Shown one piece after another: positions 1 to 13,200 of a stretch of DNA of 64,000 nt. The translations under genes and the position numbers were made by a program. How positions within the stretch are numbered: position 1 is the first letter of the stretch; each line of letters starts with the position of its first letter. The stretch comes from Antedon mediterranea. Its lineage: Eukaryota; Animalia; Echinodermata. The notes beneath the pieces are model-generated. The model did no database searches. It worked only from the letters and a program-made list of their open reading frames with translations, and was not told the origin of the DNA. Where the stretch lies: assembly GCF_964355755.1 (NCBI RefSeq), contig NC_092676.1, positions 15,642,871 through 15,706,870 on the forward strand, in the 5' to 3' direction.

Positions 1-2917
1 GCAAGTTGTTATGTAATTTTCTGAATATATAAAAAAAAATAATAAATTAGATAAATTATAGTAATAAGTAACACAACTGCAGGGTGGTTTTACCTTTTTC
101 ATTTTTTTTTCACTTTCTTTGTTGCCAATATTGCAGTTTGCATTTGTTCTTTGCATCTTTGCCTTCTGTTAACAGTGCCTCTAATCTCTTAACAGACAAG
201 AATATTAGATGTAATTCACTGCCGTTTAGTTTGTCTGCAGCTACTGAAAGTAAACTCAGTTCTTTTAAATTTGTCAATTTTTCAAATCTTTCTTGCCATT
301 TTTCCTTTTTTTTATTTAGCCAATAAAAACCCTAGCTTTCTTGCCATTTTCATTTGCACTTTGTCTTCTGTTAACAGTGCCTCTGATCTCTTATGGACAA
401 GAATAAACCAATCTCTGTCCAGTACAAAACGTCTTAATCGACAGCCAGGAAAAACTAATAATAATTCTACATTTTTTAAGATCGAGACATTTTGTACTGA
501 ACGTAGCTCGGTCTATTCTCAAAAGCATCAATTTGAATACTGAGCACTGGCTAGAAAGAGTAGAAATGAGTCAGAAAAAATGCACAAGAAACTGTTTTCC
601 CATTCTCTTGAAATTGCACTAATTGCTGACGAGTAAATCTCAGGCAACAAGCACGAGATAAATCCAATTACTTGGACCAAAAATGTAATTATTGTAATTT
701 ACTTCTTTAAGGAAAAAGTATATTTTCTTTTTAGAAAAAAACAAAGGCTTTGGACATCTTCCTAATCAATTGGTATTGATTGTATCATATTATAGGATAC
801 TTTATAAATCATTTTTTACCCCAGAATTTGTCTTCTTCTTCTTCACACACTGTCCTAGTAATTATCTAAAATATATATGTTGATGAAGTTTAGTTCATTT
901 GCTGTCACTGGAAGAAACTATATAATTCTGCAATTTTTGTTTGATTATTGATGTTTTGTACTGTATATAGCTCGGTCAACACTCATAAACATGAATGTAA
1001 ATACTAAACACTGACCAGAAAGTTTAGAAATAGCCTAAGCAAAACTGCACAAGAAACTGTTTTTCCAATCTCTTAAATAAGAATCAAATAAACATCAACA
1101 GGTCAGGTTTGGTGATATATGAGTGTTTGTTTATTATCATATCTATCACATTCCTTTTTATTCGTTCGTGATAATAACTACTAAATTGCAGATGATATCA
1201 CAAATTTCTTGTAAAAAATGATAAATTACTGGCAATCTTGACGGCACTAATTTACCATAATGTGAATTACAGGTACTGTTCATGAGAAGTTCTGTAAATC
1301 TAAAGTAAATTACCGTTGAAAGTCGGTTGTTTACCGTAATGTTTATTATAAATCACTGTAAAACTACAGTAGATTAACTTTCTTGCCATTCGCATTTGTT
1401 CTTTTCGTCTTTGTCTTCTGTTAACAGTGTCTCTGATCTCTCATTGGACAAGAATGTGTGATGTAATTCACTGCAATTGATGATGTTTATTTTGTCTGCT
1501 GCTAACACATTTTGTAATGGATGGAGCTTGGTCAATGCTCAAAAGCATCAACGTGAATACTCAGAATGAGTAGAAATGCACCAAAAAAACTGCAGAAGAA
1601 ACTGTTTTTTCAATCTCTACATATCTTCCTTGATAATGAATATCTGTAAATGCAGTAATGTTCATATACACTGCTATTAAAGTCAGTGATTCCAGCAAGC
1701 CAACAAATACGAGATCAATCTGATTGCCTGCTGTAACCAAAAAACATACTTTTTTAAGGAAAACATATATTTGCTATTGAAAAAAATTTTTTTTAGTGAA
1801 GCTGCAATTCTTCAGATATAATCTAAATCGTTAAGTATTGACTTTTCTTGCAATTTGCATTTGTTCTTTACGTCTTTATCATCTATTAACAGTTCCCATT
1901 GTGATGTAATTCACTGCAATTGATAAAGTTTAGTTTGTTTTCTGCTACTGAAAGTCAATGCTCAAAAGCTTCATGACTGTTGGCAATCATAGCCGATTTC
2001 CATTCTTCAAAGGTCACATCAGATGTTGCAGCACAAAACCAATCTCTATATAGTACTGAGTCTCTTTCAGCATTGGTTGCTTCCACTTTGAGAACACAAT
2101 CACAGACGTTCTTGGTTTGTACTTTTTGATCGGTTTCCCTTCTATTATTTCTTTAGCCACTTCAATGTGAATACTGAGCACTGGCCAGAAAGAGTAGAAA
2201 TGCGCCAGAAAATCTGTTTGTTGCTACTGAAAGGAACCTCAATTCTTTTAAGTTTTTCAATTTTTCAAACGTCTTGTCTTTCTTGTTTTCCCTTTCTTGT
2301 TTTCCCTTTTCTAAAATTTTATCTTTACTTGTAATGGTTATTATAAATCACTGTAAAACTACAGTAGATTAACTTTCTTGCCATTTGCATTTGTTCTTTT
2401 CGTCTTTGTCGTCTATTAACAGTGCCTCTGATCTCTTAACAGACAAGAATGTGTGATGTAATTCTCTGCAGTTTAGTTTGTCTGCTGCTACTGAAAGTAA
2501 ACTCAGTTCTTTTAAATTTGTCAATTTTTCAAATCTTTCTTGCCATTTTTCCTTTTTTTTTATTTAGCCAATAAAAAAATCAGCATGGATCTTACAAAAG
2601 AAAAAAACATTTTCTGTGGTTGGAAGTCCCCATTGTGGTTCAGAATTATGTCGTGGTAATGTTTGGCATAGACATCTTTTGAGTATCTTTATTTCTTCGC
2701 CAGCCATCCTTGCCATCTCCTCCATACTTTTGAATACAGTGTGGATGGAACTCCACGTTCTGCAAATTTGTCTTTGAAAATACTTCTTTGTATGCTTATC
2801 ATGCAAACTAATGTAGATCCTTGTAATAGTATGCTCAGAGTTTATAAGAATTTTAGGATTTGTTTTTTTACAGTTTTGCTATTTTTTTTAGTTTATCACA
2901 GCATATTTTCTTTGTGC

Positions 2918-3041
2918 ACACCTCTGTACCACACACATGGATACCTCTAGGAGTCTCTTAAATAACCTCACTGATTGCCATTATACAAGACAGGTGGCAC
3001 ACCTCTGTACCACACACATGGATACCTCTAGGAGTCTCTTA
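2918..3041. repeat. ~44-bp direct repeat (two copies)
   Basis: cacacctctgtaccacacacatggatacctctaggagtctctta occurs at ~2918 and ~2998. Confidence 0.85.
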
Positions 3042-3560
3042 GGGTATGTTCAGACTCGCGGAGTTACGGTGGAGTTATGTACGCGGCGTACATATTTTTG
3101 TGTCTGAACCATGCCGCGGATTAGCGTTAGGGAGCTGTTACTCCGCGCCAGTGGCGTTAATAACTCCAGCGGGAGAGGGTAGATTTCATAAGGCTAATCC
3201 ATTGATGCATCAGTGATTTCAACCTCCGGTCAACGTCAGCCAATGAAAAGACACGACCGCAATTAGCAGCAGTCTATTCGCGAGGTTTTTTTTAATAGCA
3301 AAACAATATAGCCTATTCCTCGAGCTAGCTTAGATCAACAGCAACATTCGAATTAAAATGAAACGTGTTACATGGAAAAGTACAGAAGTGGCTGATTTGA
3401 TTTCATTATGGGGCAGCCCTGAATTTATAGACAAGATAGAAATTAGAAATTGGAAAGCTAGCGCCGGCAACAAGATGGCTGTTTTTAAAGAAATTGCATC
3501 TAAATTGCATCTAAACTGCAAAATTCTTCCTCCTAACGAAGTTGAAGTTGAGCTACATTC
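3042..3560 (+). mobile_element. PIF/Harbinger element 5' end with a truncated Myb/SANT-like ORF
   Basis: A Harbinger-like terminus (tta|gggtatgttcagac) is followed by ORF 3358 MKRVTWKSTEVADLISLWGSPEF...VFKEIASKL, a Myb/SANT trihelix pattern. The ORF then runs into an unrelated repeat. Confidence 0.6.
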
Positions 3561-4290
3561 AAAATGGCCGACATGCAATCAAAGACGTTATACCAATATG
3601 TTTGTTGACCTCAATACCATATTATACTTTGTACCTAAAATTATAACTGTAGGTACCGTACTGAAACATTTTGAGCTTGCCATTTTGAAATTCAAAATGG
3701 CCGCCATGCAATCAAAATGTTAGTTAAATAGCAATATATTTGGTGACCCATTACCATATAATTTGCACCTAAAATCAGAGCACTGTGTACCTTTTTAGCA
3801 GAGATATACCTGAAAAGTTATTGGGGTCCGCCATTTTGAAATCCAACATGGCCGCCATGCAATTAAAATGTTAGTTATACCAATATGTTTGGTGTCCCCA
3901 TTACCATAATTATAATTTGCACCTAAAATCACAATTCTAGGTGCCTTTTTAGCAGAGATATACCTGAAAAGTGAAAATTTGAAGTCCGCCATTTTGAAAT
4001 CCAACATGGCCGCCATGCAATCAAATGTTAATTATACCAATATGTTTGGTGACCCCACTACCATATATTTTGCAGGTAAAATCAGAACTCTAGGTGCCTC
4101 TTTAGCAGAGATATACCTGACAAGTGAAAATTTGAGGTCAGCCATTTTGAAATCCAAAATGGCGGCTTTTTTTTTGCAACCCTTCCATTTCATATTTTTG
4201 ACACCCTAATGAATAACTGTGCAAAGTTTCAAAATGTTATCACAATTTGAAGGATTTGCCTAAAATATGCTCCTTAACATGCCTACTACA
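3555..4290. repeat. tandem ~140-bp repeat array (non-autonomous TE-type)
   Basis: About 4 units of gccattttgaaatccaacatggccgccatgcaat...tttagcagagatatacctga. Confidence 0.85.
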
Positions 4291-4999
4291 CTACATTCAG
4301 CTGTCTCAGACCCTTTTCTGACTTCCAACTACTTAGTAGTTGTCTTTGCTCACTCAAAATGATAGTTGTTTCACTTTAAAGTCAAATCTTTCGTAAAGCT
4401 GTTCGTCTTGGATATATGTTTGTAGGCAGGTACAACGTATTGGTGCAAGTTGAACTTGACAGGAAAATGCTTTGGATAGGAATGCAGTATCAAAAATGTT
4501 GACAAGTTCGCTTAGCTTTTGTGGGTGGTTATTTGCCAGCGGTTTTGATCGAATCAACTTAAATATAAAAAAAAACATTAAACGTGTTGGTGCAAGTTGA
4601 ACTTGACAGGAAAATGCTTCTTCCCTCAACAAAAACGATTCTCGGTTGCATAGCAAACCCGAGAATTGGAGGCTCTGTTGATCTACTCCAAACACCCAAA
4701 CACCCTGTCTACCAGCTATATATTAAAAAACAAATAGTTATAATGACCAGACAACCTTAGAGGTTGCAGCCCCAGCCTTTAACATCACCACACATAATTT
4801 AAACTTTTAATTTATTAAAAACACATAGATTACAATACACAAACAATAATGAAAAAGACATCAATACTCGCTATTGAAAAAAATGTTACATTCGGAGGCT
4901 ATTGTAGCTTGTTTCTGCCAACTCCCCTCTCTTCCAACATAAAAAGCAGTCTATTGGTGTTTGCTGAATGATACGGACACATGAAATCTAGATTTTCTA

Positions 5000-5230
5000 G
5001 ACTCTCTGTCACATCAGTGCTGCATAGCTATACCCAGAAATTGCTGAAACTGTGTCACATACTGAGAAGCTGTGCAAAAAGATCAGATATTATATTTCCT
5101 GTATCTATCTGGTAGTGCATCACAGATCTTTCCAATGTTGTAATATATTTCTTTAAATTTTTTGCAGTATGATGTATTAGCATGACTAGGACATCTGTGT
5201 CTTCAGCCTTCACTTCACATGGTATTATCA
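5000..5230 (-). mobile_element. Academ-like DNA transposase fragment (partly duplicated at ~7180-7270)
   Basis: Minus-strand motifs VKAEDTDVLVMLIHH and LFAQLLS..DTVSAISG resemble the 31960-32860 fragment. Family assignment is from motif recall. Confidence 0.45.
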
Positions 5231-5570
5231 TCATTGCTTCAATTTCAGTTTCGGCCAGGAAACAAGGCAGTGGTCCATTTTGCAACATTGATAGACCTGA
5301 AAAAGACATCAATACTCGCTATTGAAAAAAATGTTACATTTCGAGGCTATTGTAGCTTGTTTCTGCCAACTCCCCCTCTTCCAACATAAAAAGCATGTCT
5401 ATCGTTGTTTGCATTCGTTATTTTACATTTAAAAAAAAAGTAATTCAAATATATAAAATAAGTAACAAAATGGCAATAAAAAGACAATAACAATTGATTA
5501 AAAAATTGATGATTGTTTATCAAAACATTTAAGCATTTTGAGCGAGTGGTTTGTGGTTTAATTATTAATA

Positions 5571-6996
5571 CTAGATGGTACGCTCGCTTCGCTCGCGTAC
5601 CATCTAGGTCGTGCCCACAGATGGTTCTCGAATACATAATAATTTCAGCGTTAAAAAACTGGCGATTTCAAATGTACGTACCGCAGGACAATAATACATG
5701 TCGTTTACAGGAACGAATAAATAGACACTGTGATTTATGTACTCAACTAAAATTAGCACCCTATTATATTATAAAATAAGACCAATTGTTTAAGTCAAAT
5801 TTAAACAAACTTAATTTGTGTTTTGTATGTAACATTAGGGTTGAGGGATGGGGAAGAGGATGGGTGCAAAGAGGAACAATGTTAAAATATATTCTTTATC
5901 CATTTAGTAACGAAATATTAATTGCTTTCATGTTTTACAAATAATATACCACTAAACACAGTAAAACATTGCGATGTAATACTTTGTTGAAACTATCACC
6001 GTCCTAGTCGATTGAAATAGTACAGCACATGTAACGATACATCACTACGACGTGTATATGTTTATAATATAATGTAAAACAATTTGTGAAAACCACCTCT
6101 ATTCGGGGAAAATCATAAATTCGATTTAATCGTCAATAAATATTAAATTATCTAACTCAACTTAATTAGTAGGCCTAATGGTTTTCAATTGTTTCTTAGA
6201 GCCAATTCATACTTAAGTTGGTTCCTACCCTACCCACCAAAGTTGTTCTGCGTTTAGGGCATGTGATGTACCGTAGGCCTATTCTTTACTGGTTTTACAA
6301 CGCTACTCATGCCAGTGAGGGAAAGGTGATGATGTGGGTGGTTTAACTGCAATAATAAAGATTTGTACATAATATACGGCGAGTGAAAACGCTAGCTCAT
6401 TATCCGTTTAAAAAAAAATTATATCCAACCTCTGCAGCACAGATTGAAAACAAAAATGGATCGAATTTCGAGTATACAGTGCTGTACTTGCCTTTACGAC
6501 GCCTGAGGGAATAGACACTTGTGAAACAGAGATTGGAATGTTCCATTCATCGCAAATCAATACATTTGTATAATCGTATATTAAATCTATCAAAATAGTA
6601 TTTTTTTAAGAAAATCGGCCTGTCTTCAACATTATGATGCTGTACTCTAGCTGTTCAACCAGTTTTCAGCTATTAAAAACAATTATCGTAGGAGGAGATA
6701 GGAAAATGCGAAGCCTCCTCGTATTTTTGTGGCGGGTATTTTTCAAGATGGACATCCATTAGACAGTGTATACCACGATCGGAAAACACCCCTATTTGGG
6801 GCAAATTGTTGAACCTAAATTCGTTTTAATCGTCAATAACTAATTACCTAACTCAATTTAATTAGTAAACAGGGTTACATCAGATGGTTAAAATCAGTAC
6901 CGAAAGTAAGAACCAACTTTATATACCATCGAGTAGAAATTCTAGAAATAAACCGAGATTTACCGAATTTTGCCCTTACGTAAATTTATATATAGA
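5571..6996 (-). mobile_element. non-autonomous Helitron
   Basis: On the minus strand it starts A|TCTATATATAAA at 6996 and ends with a GC hairpin (gatggtacgc...gcgtaccatc) plus CTAG|T at 5571. No TSD. Confidence 0.75.
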
Positions 6997-7704
6997 TAAC
7001 CACTTATGGAAGGGTTAGAAACAATGGGAACTGTTTCGTAACCATTGCTAAATAATGCAAATCGCATTTATCCCAAATCTTGACTGTGATTTTGAATATC
7101 AGTAAAGTATATATCTCGCACCCAACTTTGATAATATCCTCTTTTTTGTCTCTTATGTCCAAAAAAACATCCATTGCACTCCCTGTCACATCAGTGCTGC
7201 ATAGCTAAATCCAGAAATTGCTGAAACTGTGTCACATACTGAGAAGCTGCGCAAAAAGATCAGATATCATGACGAAAACATCTCATCTAAACCAAACCCG
7301 AGTTTAGGCCTGAAACTCGGGTTTGCTTTCACCCTTTTCACTGTTTACATAAGATAAGAAATGACCTTGGTGAAAATGATTTATGATCCTCCCAATGAAA
7401 AGTAGCTCTGGCTTACAAGAGAAATTAAATTATTTTTACCGCTGATTTACTAGTTGGCTATGTATTAGTAAATACAAATACAGTACAACTATTTTAAAGT
7501 TCGAATCAAGAAAAACAGACAAGTAAAAGTAAAGATATTTAATTTTTAATGTCAGGAAAAATGTCCATATTCAATAGTTAGTGAATGTGGAATGCATGCA
7601 TCACTGACTTTTATTTACACATTCCTAAGCTAATCTGTAATTGATGACACCCTGCTGTTTATGTTAGGAGAGTAATTGATGGCACCCTGCTGTTTAATGT
7701 GTAA

Positions 7705-8527
7705 TCACTGACCAGAACGCACCAAGGTCTTCAGGTGGAAGAGCTGGCCAGGCTTCACATCCTTCTTGGGGTACACCCCAATCCCCACCTCGAATCCGTC
7801 TTGCCGGAGGCAATGTAGCTCCCCTACCAATGGATAAGAGGGAGGATCGCAGAAAATGGCAACACCCCCGCTCAACTCTACCTCTTTAATCCTCTGACCG
7901 GCTGGCTTCATGTGTAGCAAGTCCCTGAGTGTTGCATGTTTGGATAACTTCAGGTGGGAGCGCAGCCAATCGAGATGAAAATGAGAGTCAAAGGCTCTGG
8001 TCTCTTCTTGGAATGAGATGGTTGACGAAGGTCGGGTGGCCGGTCCGTGTATGGTAGCGGCAGGCTGGGCGGTTGTATTCTCGGCCTCAGTCTCTGTGAC
8101 CAGTCTCCCTTCCTGAAGTCCAATGGCCTTCTCCTTGTTTAGGCAAGATACCAGGTCGTTCAGGGTGGTGTCGGCCGGCCCAGAATCTCATTGGCCCATT
8201 TCTGGATTGTGCTCAGTTTGGTCCTTGTTGTCCGTTCGGTCGACGGGTACTTGAAACAGGGTGAAGTGTGTTGGCCCACACGTGCCTCCTGATGGTATGT
8301 ATGAATTCCCTGCCACATCCGAGAAATGCGCTTATTCTTTCTTGGTCGCTGGGACAGCTCTGGATCTTGGCAGCGGCTTCCGTAGCTGCTGCGAGGGTCG
8401 GTGTTGTGGTGCACAGGGTCTCAAGGAGTAACCACCGTGCACCCTCTTGGTTCCCGCTGGACAAGGGCCGCCATTCTCCATCCACCTTTCGTTGTCACAA
8501 CCGTATATCGGTGGCGCCAAAATCAAC
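7705..8527 (-). pseudogene. degenerate TatD-like nuclease fragment with an upstream Cys/His region (probably TE-borne)
   Basis: Minus-strand translation RAFDSHFHLDWLR...GGVAIFCDP...GIGVYPK matches the TatD DxHxH and GxHP-like motifs. GC-rich island with stops and frameshifts. Confidence 0.55.
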
Positions 8528-9355
8528 CTACGGAAAAAAAAAAGCAATAAAAACAATTAGGCAATTTTATTTTTATTTTATTTCAACAATATTTTTATGA
8601 GGTGATCCATCCAGCATCAGCTGATCATGAGGGACCCTCAAACAATACAAACAGTACAAACAGTAAATACAAAATAAACTATAAAAACACAAAATGAACA
8701 AAGATATAAAAAATAAATATATATATATGTATAAATATACAGTAGGCTAAAAGAAGGATAAAAAGAAATAAAATCAGAGAGAGAAACAGGTGTTTTTTCA
8801 AAAGAGTTATGAATGCTTAAAGGTAGAGAAGGAAAGAAAGGAGCATTGAAACCAATGATGCCAGACTGTCATGTGTGATGGAACTGCTCAGTCCCTACAT
8901 TTTGCGTATTTGTACTGGACGAAGTTCAGGGCAATCAGCGGTGAAATATTCACGCAGGAGCCGTGATACAAAACATCGCAATAATCGCACTGAATCATAA
9001 ATAAATGATCCCGCCCAGGGTTTCTGACAGGAACAAGGCTTGAGTTTGTCATGGTTCAAGACCATATCACTTTGTTTCTCAGCTTGACCCGTAGCAGTCC
9101 CGGGCGCATTATTTTTTTTCCTATCCAAACAGAAATCATGAATAATTCATTACCTTAATTATTTTCTATTATAAAGAATTGCAAGATAGCTGATCTACTT
9201 CCTAAATATACTGAACCCAACCCTCTAAATAATCTCTCTCAACTATTATAGACCTCGAACCGAGGGCTCCAGTGTAATAGGTAAAGCCTTTACCACTAGA
9301 CAAACATTTTGGTTGGCAAACCCTGTTTACACAAAATTATTTAATCTCTCTGCAT

Positions 9356-9919
9356 CAGAGCCATATATATAAAGAGTTACGGCATTACGTTCACAGATTT
9401 TAGAAAGTCACGTAGGGTGCACGCCGGCCATGTTTGTGTCCAACTATGCCTATGTAGAGTATGGAGTCGAGTAATTTGCTTAAAAAATGTATAACTTTCA
9501 CAAGGCTTTAAATATCGAATTTAAGATCAAAACAATCAATTTGTTTAAAGATAATAACGAAACTATAAAGTTACTGCGAACATGATTTTAAACAACATAA
9601 TGTAAAAACAATGCATTACTATAAAGAATCGCTGTACAAACTAAGCGTGCATGGAGCGCACAGAGCCATTTATTGGAAAGAGTCGGAAATTGAATGGATT
9701 AAATCTATTTTTGTTGTTTAAAATCATGTTCGCAGTAACTTTATAACTTTGTTATTATTCTAACAAAAACCTTTATACAGATTGATTGTTTGATATTAAA
9801 TTCGATATTTAAAGCCTTATTCATTTTAAAAGCAAAGGACTCGACTCCATACTCTACATAGGACACAAACATGGCTTCTAATCCATTCAAAGTCATAACT
9901 CTTTATATATATGGCTCTG
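9356..9919. mobile_element. hAT-type MITE with long imperfect TIRs and an 8-bp TSD
   Basis: Ends are cagagccatatatataaagagtta and taactctttatatatatggctctg. TSD ctctgcat at 9348-9355 and 9920-9927. Inverted arms continue inward. Confidence 0.9.
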
Positions 9920-10211
9920 CTCTGCATGCTTATATAACGCCCTCTATAATGTTCCATATTAAATTCAAAATTCAAAATAATATTATGTCATAATTATTCT
10001 AATGAATTATTCATGATTTCTGGCTTAATTGGATAGGAAAAAAAATAATGCATCCCGGGCTGAGTACTTGAATGACGACGATGTCGTTCAGGGTTTGCAG
10101 CTGGGGAAGAAGGCAGTAGTGGCGTTTCATAGTTTTCGATATTACGGCATTTGTTGTTTGAAGGAAAGACACGCGTGTGGAATTGGACGGTGTAGATTGA
10201 ATTAGCGAAAA

Positions 10212-13200
10212 ATGGAGTGTGCAACAAATACACGGAAACTAATTGTTGATCTCTTTGAGATTAACGCTCTTAAATTTGGCAAGTTTACCTTAAAGAGTGG
10301 AATCGAATCACCAGTTTACTTCGATCTACGAGTTATTGTTTCTTACCCTGCAATAATGGTAAAGTAAACACATTTGTTGGGAAAGGTATTTTATTTATTA
10401 TTAGCGGGTCATCTAAATATTCGATTCGGCACGGGACGATTCGGCCCGGGACGGTTCGGCCCAGGACGATTTGGCCCGGGACGATTCAGCCTGGAACGAT
10501 TAGGCGCGGGACAATTCGGCCCACTTTTGGTGGGACGATTCGGCCCACTTTTAGGCCGAAACATCCCACTTTGTGGGCCGAAACTTCTCTAGATCTGGAT
10601 TATTATACTCCAATAAAGCAGGAAAACTGCATCACACTAGAGTTTGACCCGAATTTAGTTGTTGATATGACTGGGTTGATTGTGGGCTGTGATGATTTCA
10701 TTGTTCATTGACATTAAGTGTTTTTGAATCCATTTTTAAATTGAGAAATTTTAACAGAAGTCCAATATTAATATGTTGTGTGGTAATTCATTCCAATGTT
10801 TCACTGTCCATGGGAAAAAACTATATTAACCGTGTGATAGTACGTCTTGTCTCAATACTTTGCCATTCAAGTCATGTAGCATTATTGATGTGACACTTGA
10901 TTCTCAGGAATAGTCATTTTTGCATAATTTGGCTGCATGATCTTTGGAGCGGTATCTTTCCTTGTTTGTACTTGGAAACCATGCTGCGCAGCCATACTCC
11001 AATTTTGGTTGCACAAGTGATAAATATAAGCGTGATTTAATTAATGATGTATTAAAGTTCATGCGGATAACCCCAAGTACTTTTTTGCATTTTTTTTAAA
11101 ATAATAAACAAATTTACGCTCAATCACGTTCTCTCGGCAGATCCCCAACAAATGTACACATGGGATGGTCTTAATTATTATTGTGACGTTTACATTGCAA
11201 AGATCAATCAATATATTAAATACGGTGTTGTGCTATAAATTATTTATATGTATTGGAAAAATTCAACTACTTGATTTAAAATTTAACTTATAGATAGAGA
11301 AAGCTTATAATTAAAAACCAAATGCCGACTGACTTTAAATTATAATTAAATTTGATTAGTCATTTAATATGTTAAACAAATGATCGTCGTCCACCCTTGA
11401 TTGTTCTTTACTAATTAGAAGTTTGAGTCAGAATCGTATGATGATGGTGAACTAGATGAATCAGAAGCTTCTCTGGATTCATCATCAGAAGACTCTGTAG
11501 ATGATTGAAAACTTTTTCCATTGTTGCCGATAACCGTCAACTTTTCTTTTTCAAGCTACGCCATCTTTGTGTGTATTAGGAACAGATCAATAGCTCGCTT
11601 GTAGCGGTTTTCTTCAAAATTTCCGTCAGCGCGCAACTTAAGGATATCGTTTAATGTGGCATTTGAGAGGGATTGTCGGTCCTGGAGAATATGCGGCACA
11701 AGTATGAAAAGTTGCGCTCTGTTACTGTATTGCCTATGGGTAGAGAAATGCATAGCTCCGCAATTTTCAGAATATTCCCAATCCCAAGTGTGGTTTCAGT
11801 GCGCAGAGCTGTGGCCAAACATTTGATGGATTGGTAGATTTTTAAAATATCAGATCGTGGTTATGGATTAATTTAAACTTTGCAGTCTGCACATCTACGT
11901 TGTTTGCCTCTAAGACTATTGCAAATCTATCATTGATGATGGCTATGGATGGCATAATTTCATCTGTGGTGTTAAATTTGTTAGCACTTGATGTCCAGTA
12001 ACTTGGCTACAGCTACAAACAATTCATCTTCGTTGATCGATTTCAACATTGTGTACAAACTATCTTTGAGGGCACGAACAGTGGTGAACAGGCCTATCCT
12101 CTGTGTTGATCGTGTACATTTCCTGATGAACTACAGTATCGTCTCTGATATCTTTAAGTACATTTGACATCAGTTTAAAAATATCATTCCCTCTTGTCAC
12201 ATCCCTTTCAACTTTTGGCCTAATTGTTTCATTGTTGGGTTTTTCGGAGTGCTAATCTGGTCATTACAAAACCCGATTAGTCTCGTAAGTGATGTTCCAT
12301 CCATCTCGTGACATCGAGAATCGGCCTACGCCATTCGCATTTGTACGTACCGGTAGGTATTATGCGTGATAATGTTGACTTTCCGGTTCCAGCATTTGTA
12401 CCGTAGAAACAAATTCCTAACATACCGTCATTTGAAACTTCTGTGGCAATAAGACATAATTAGTAAAGAACTAATTAACTTTATGAACGATCAGTATTGC
12501 ATTTAAAGTTTTTAGAAATAATATCCTCATACAGTACTTCTGATAATTTCAAATTTTTTGCAGCGGTTGATGACTCCCAAGAAAACTTTCAGTGCTGGTT
12601 TTAGTGTAGATAATCTTTCATGCTTACACTAAACTTCTGTCTGATCAAGAAAACGACTTCTCAGTTAAAGGCATATTATTTCTCGTATTTCGTCTTGTAA
12701 TTCAGATAAAGTTGAATCGGATGAGATCAATTGCAAAGTTTTGATAAATTTTCCTGGTGGGCCTGACACAACAAACAACTAATCAGGGTTGTCTAGTGGT
12801 TTGAACACATTACCGTCAGGGTTATCTAACAGTTTAACCACATTACCATCGGAATATTAGGGTTAATTGGCCGTGGGGCATTTGGTGGAAAATCAGCTCC
12901 CCTTTGTGGTGGGTCTTCTATAGGGCGTGCCTCGTTATTCCGTTATTATTTTGTCATGCAACCCATATGCCGCAAGGTCTTTTACAGGCTCCAAATACGG
13001 AATAGAGCAATCTGCGCACTCGTACCCAAGAGTGACCAACAATCCACGTCCTAGCAGTTTGTTTGCGAATATGGATGTTTCTATACGGTAAATTTGCTTG
13101 TTGACGTTTCAACGCCTTGAAATACCCATGTGTATATTCAAATTTAGGGATGGGCTCGGGGTAGTCTGGTCCCTCAAACTTTTCTGAAATCCTATTTTCT

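Noticed and set aside
3795-4209. ORFs with repeated SAILKSNMAA
   Set aside because: Translations of a semi-palindromic tandem repeat.
10374-10592. FGPGR-repeat ORF or CRISPR-like array
   Set aside because: A head-to-tail 15-bp repeat with no unique spacers, intronic, in a eukaryote with no cas genes.
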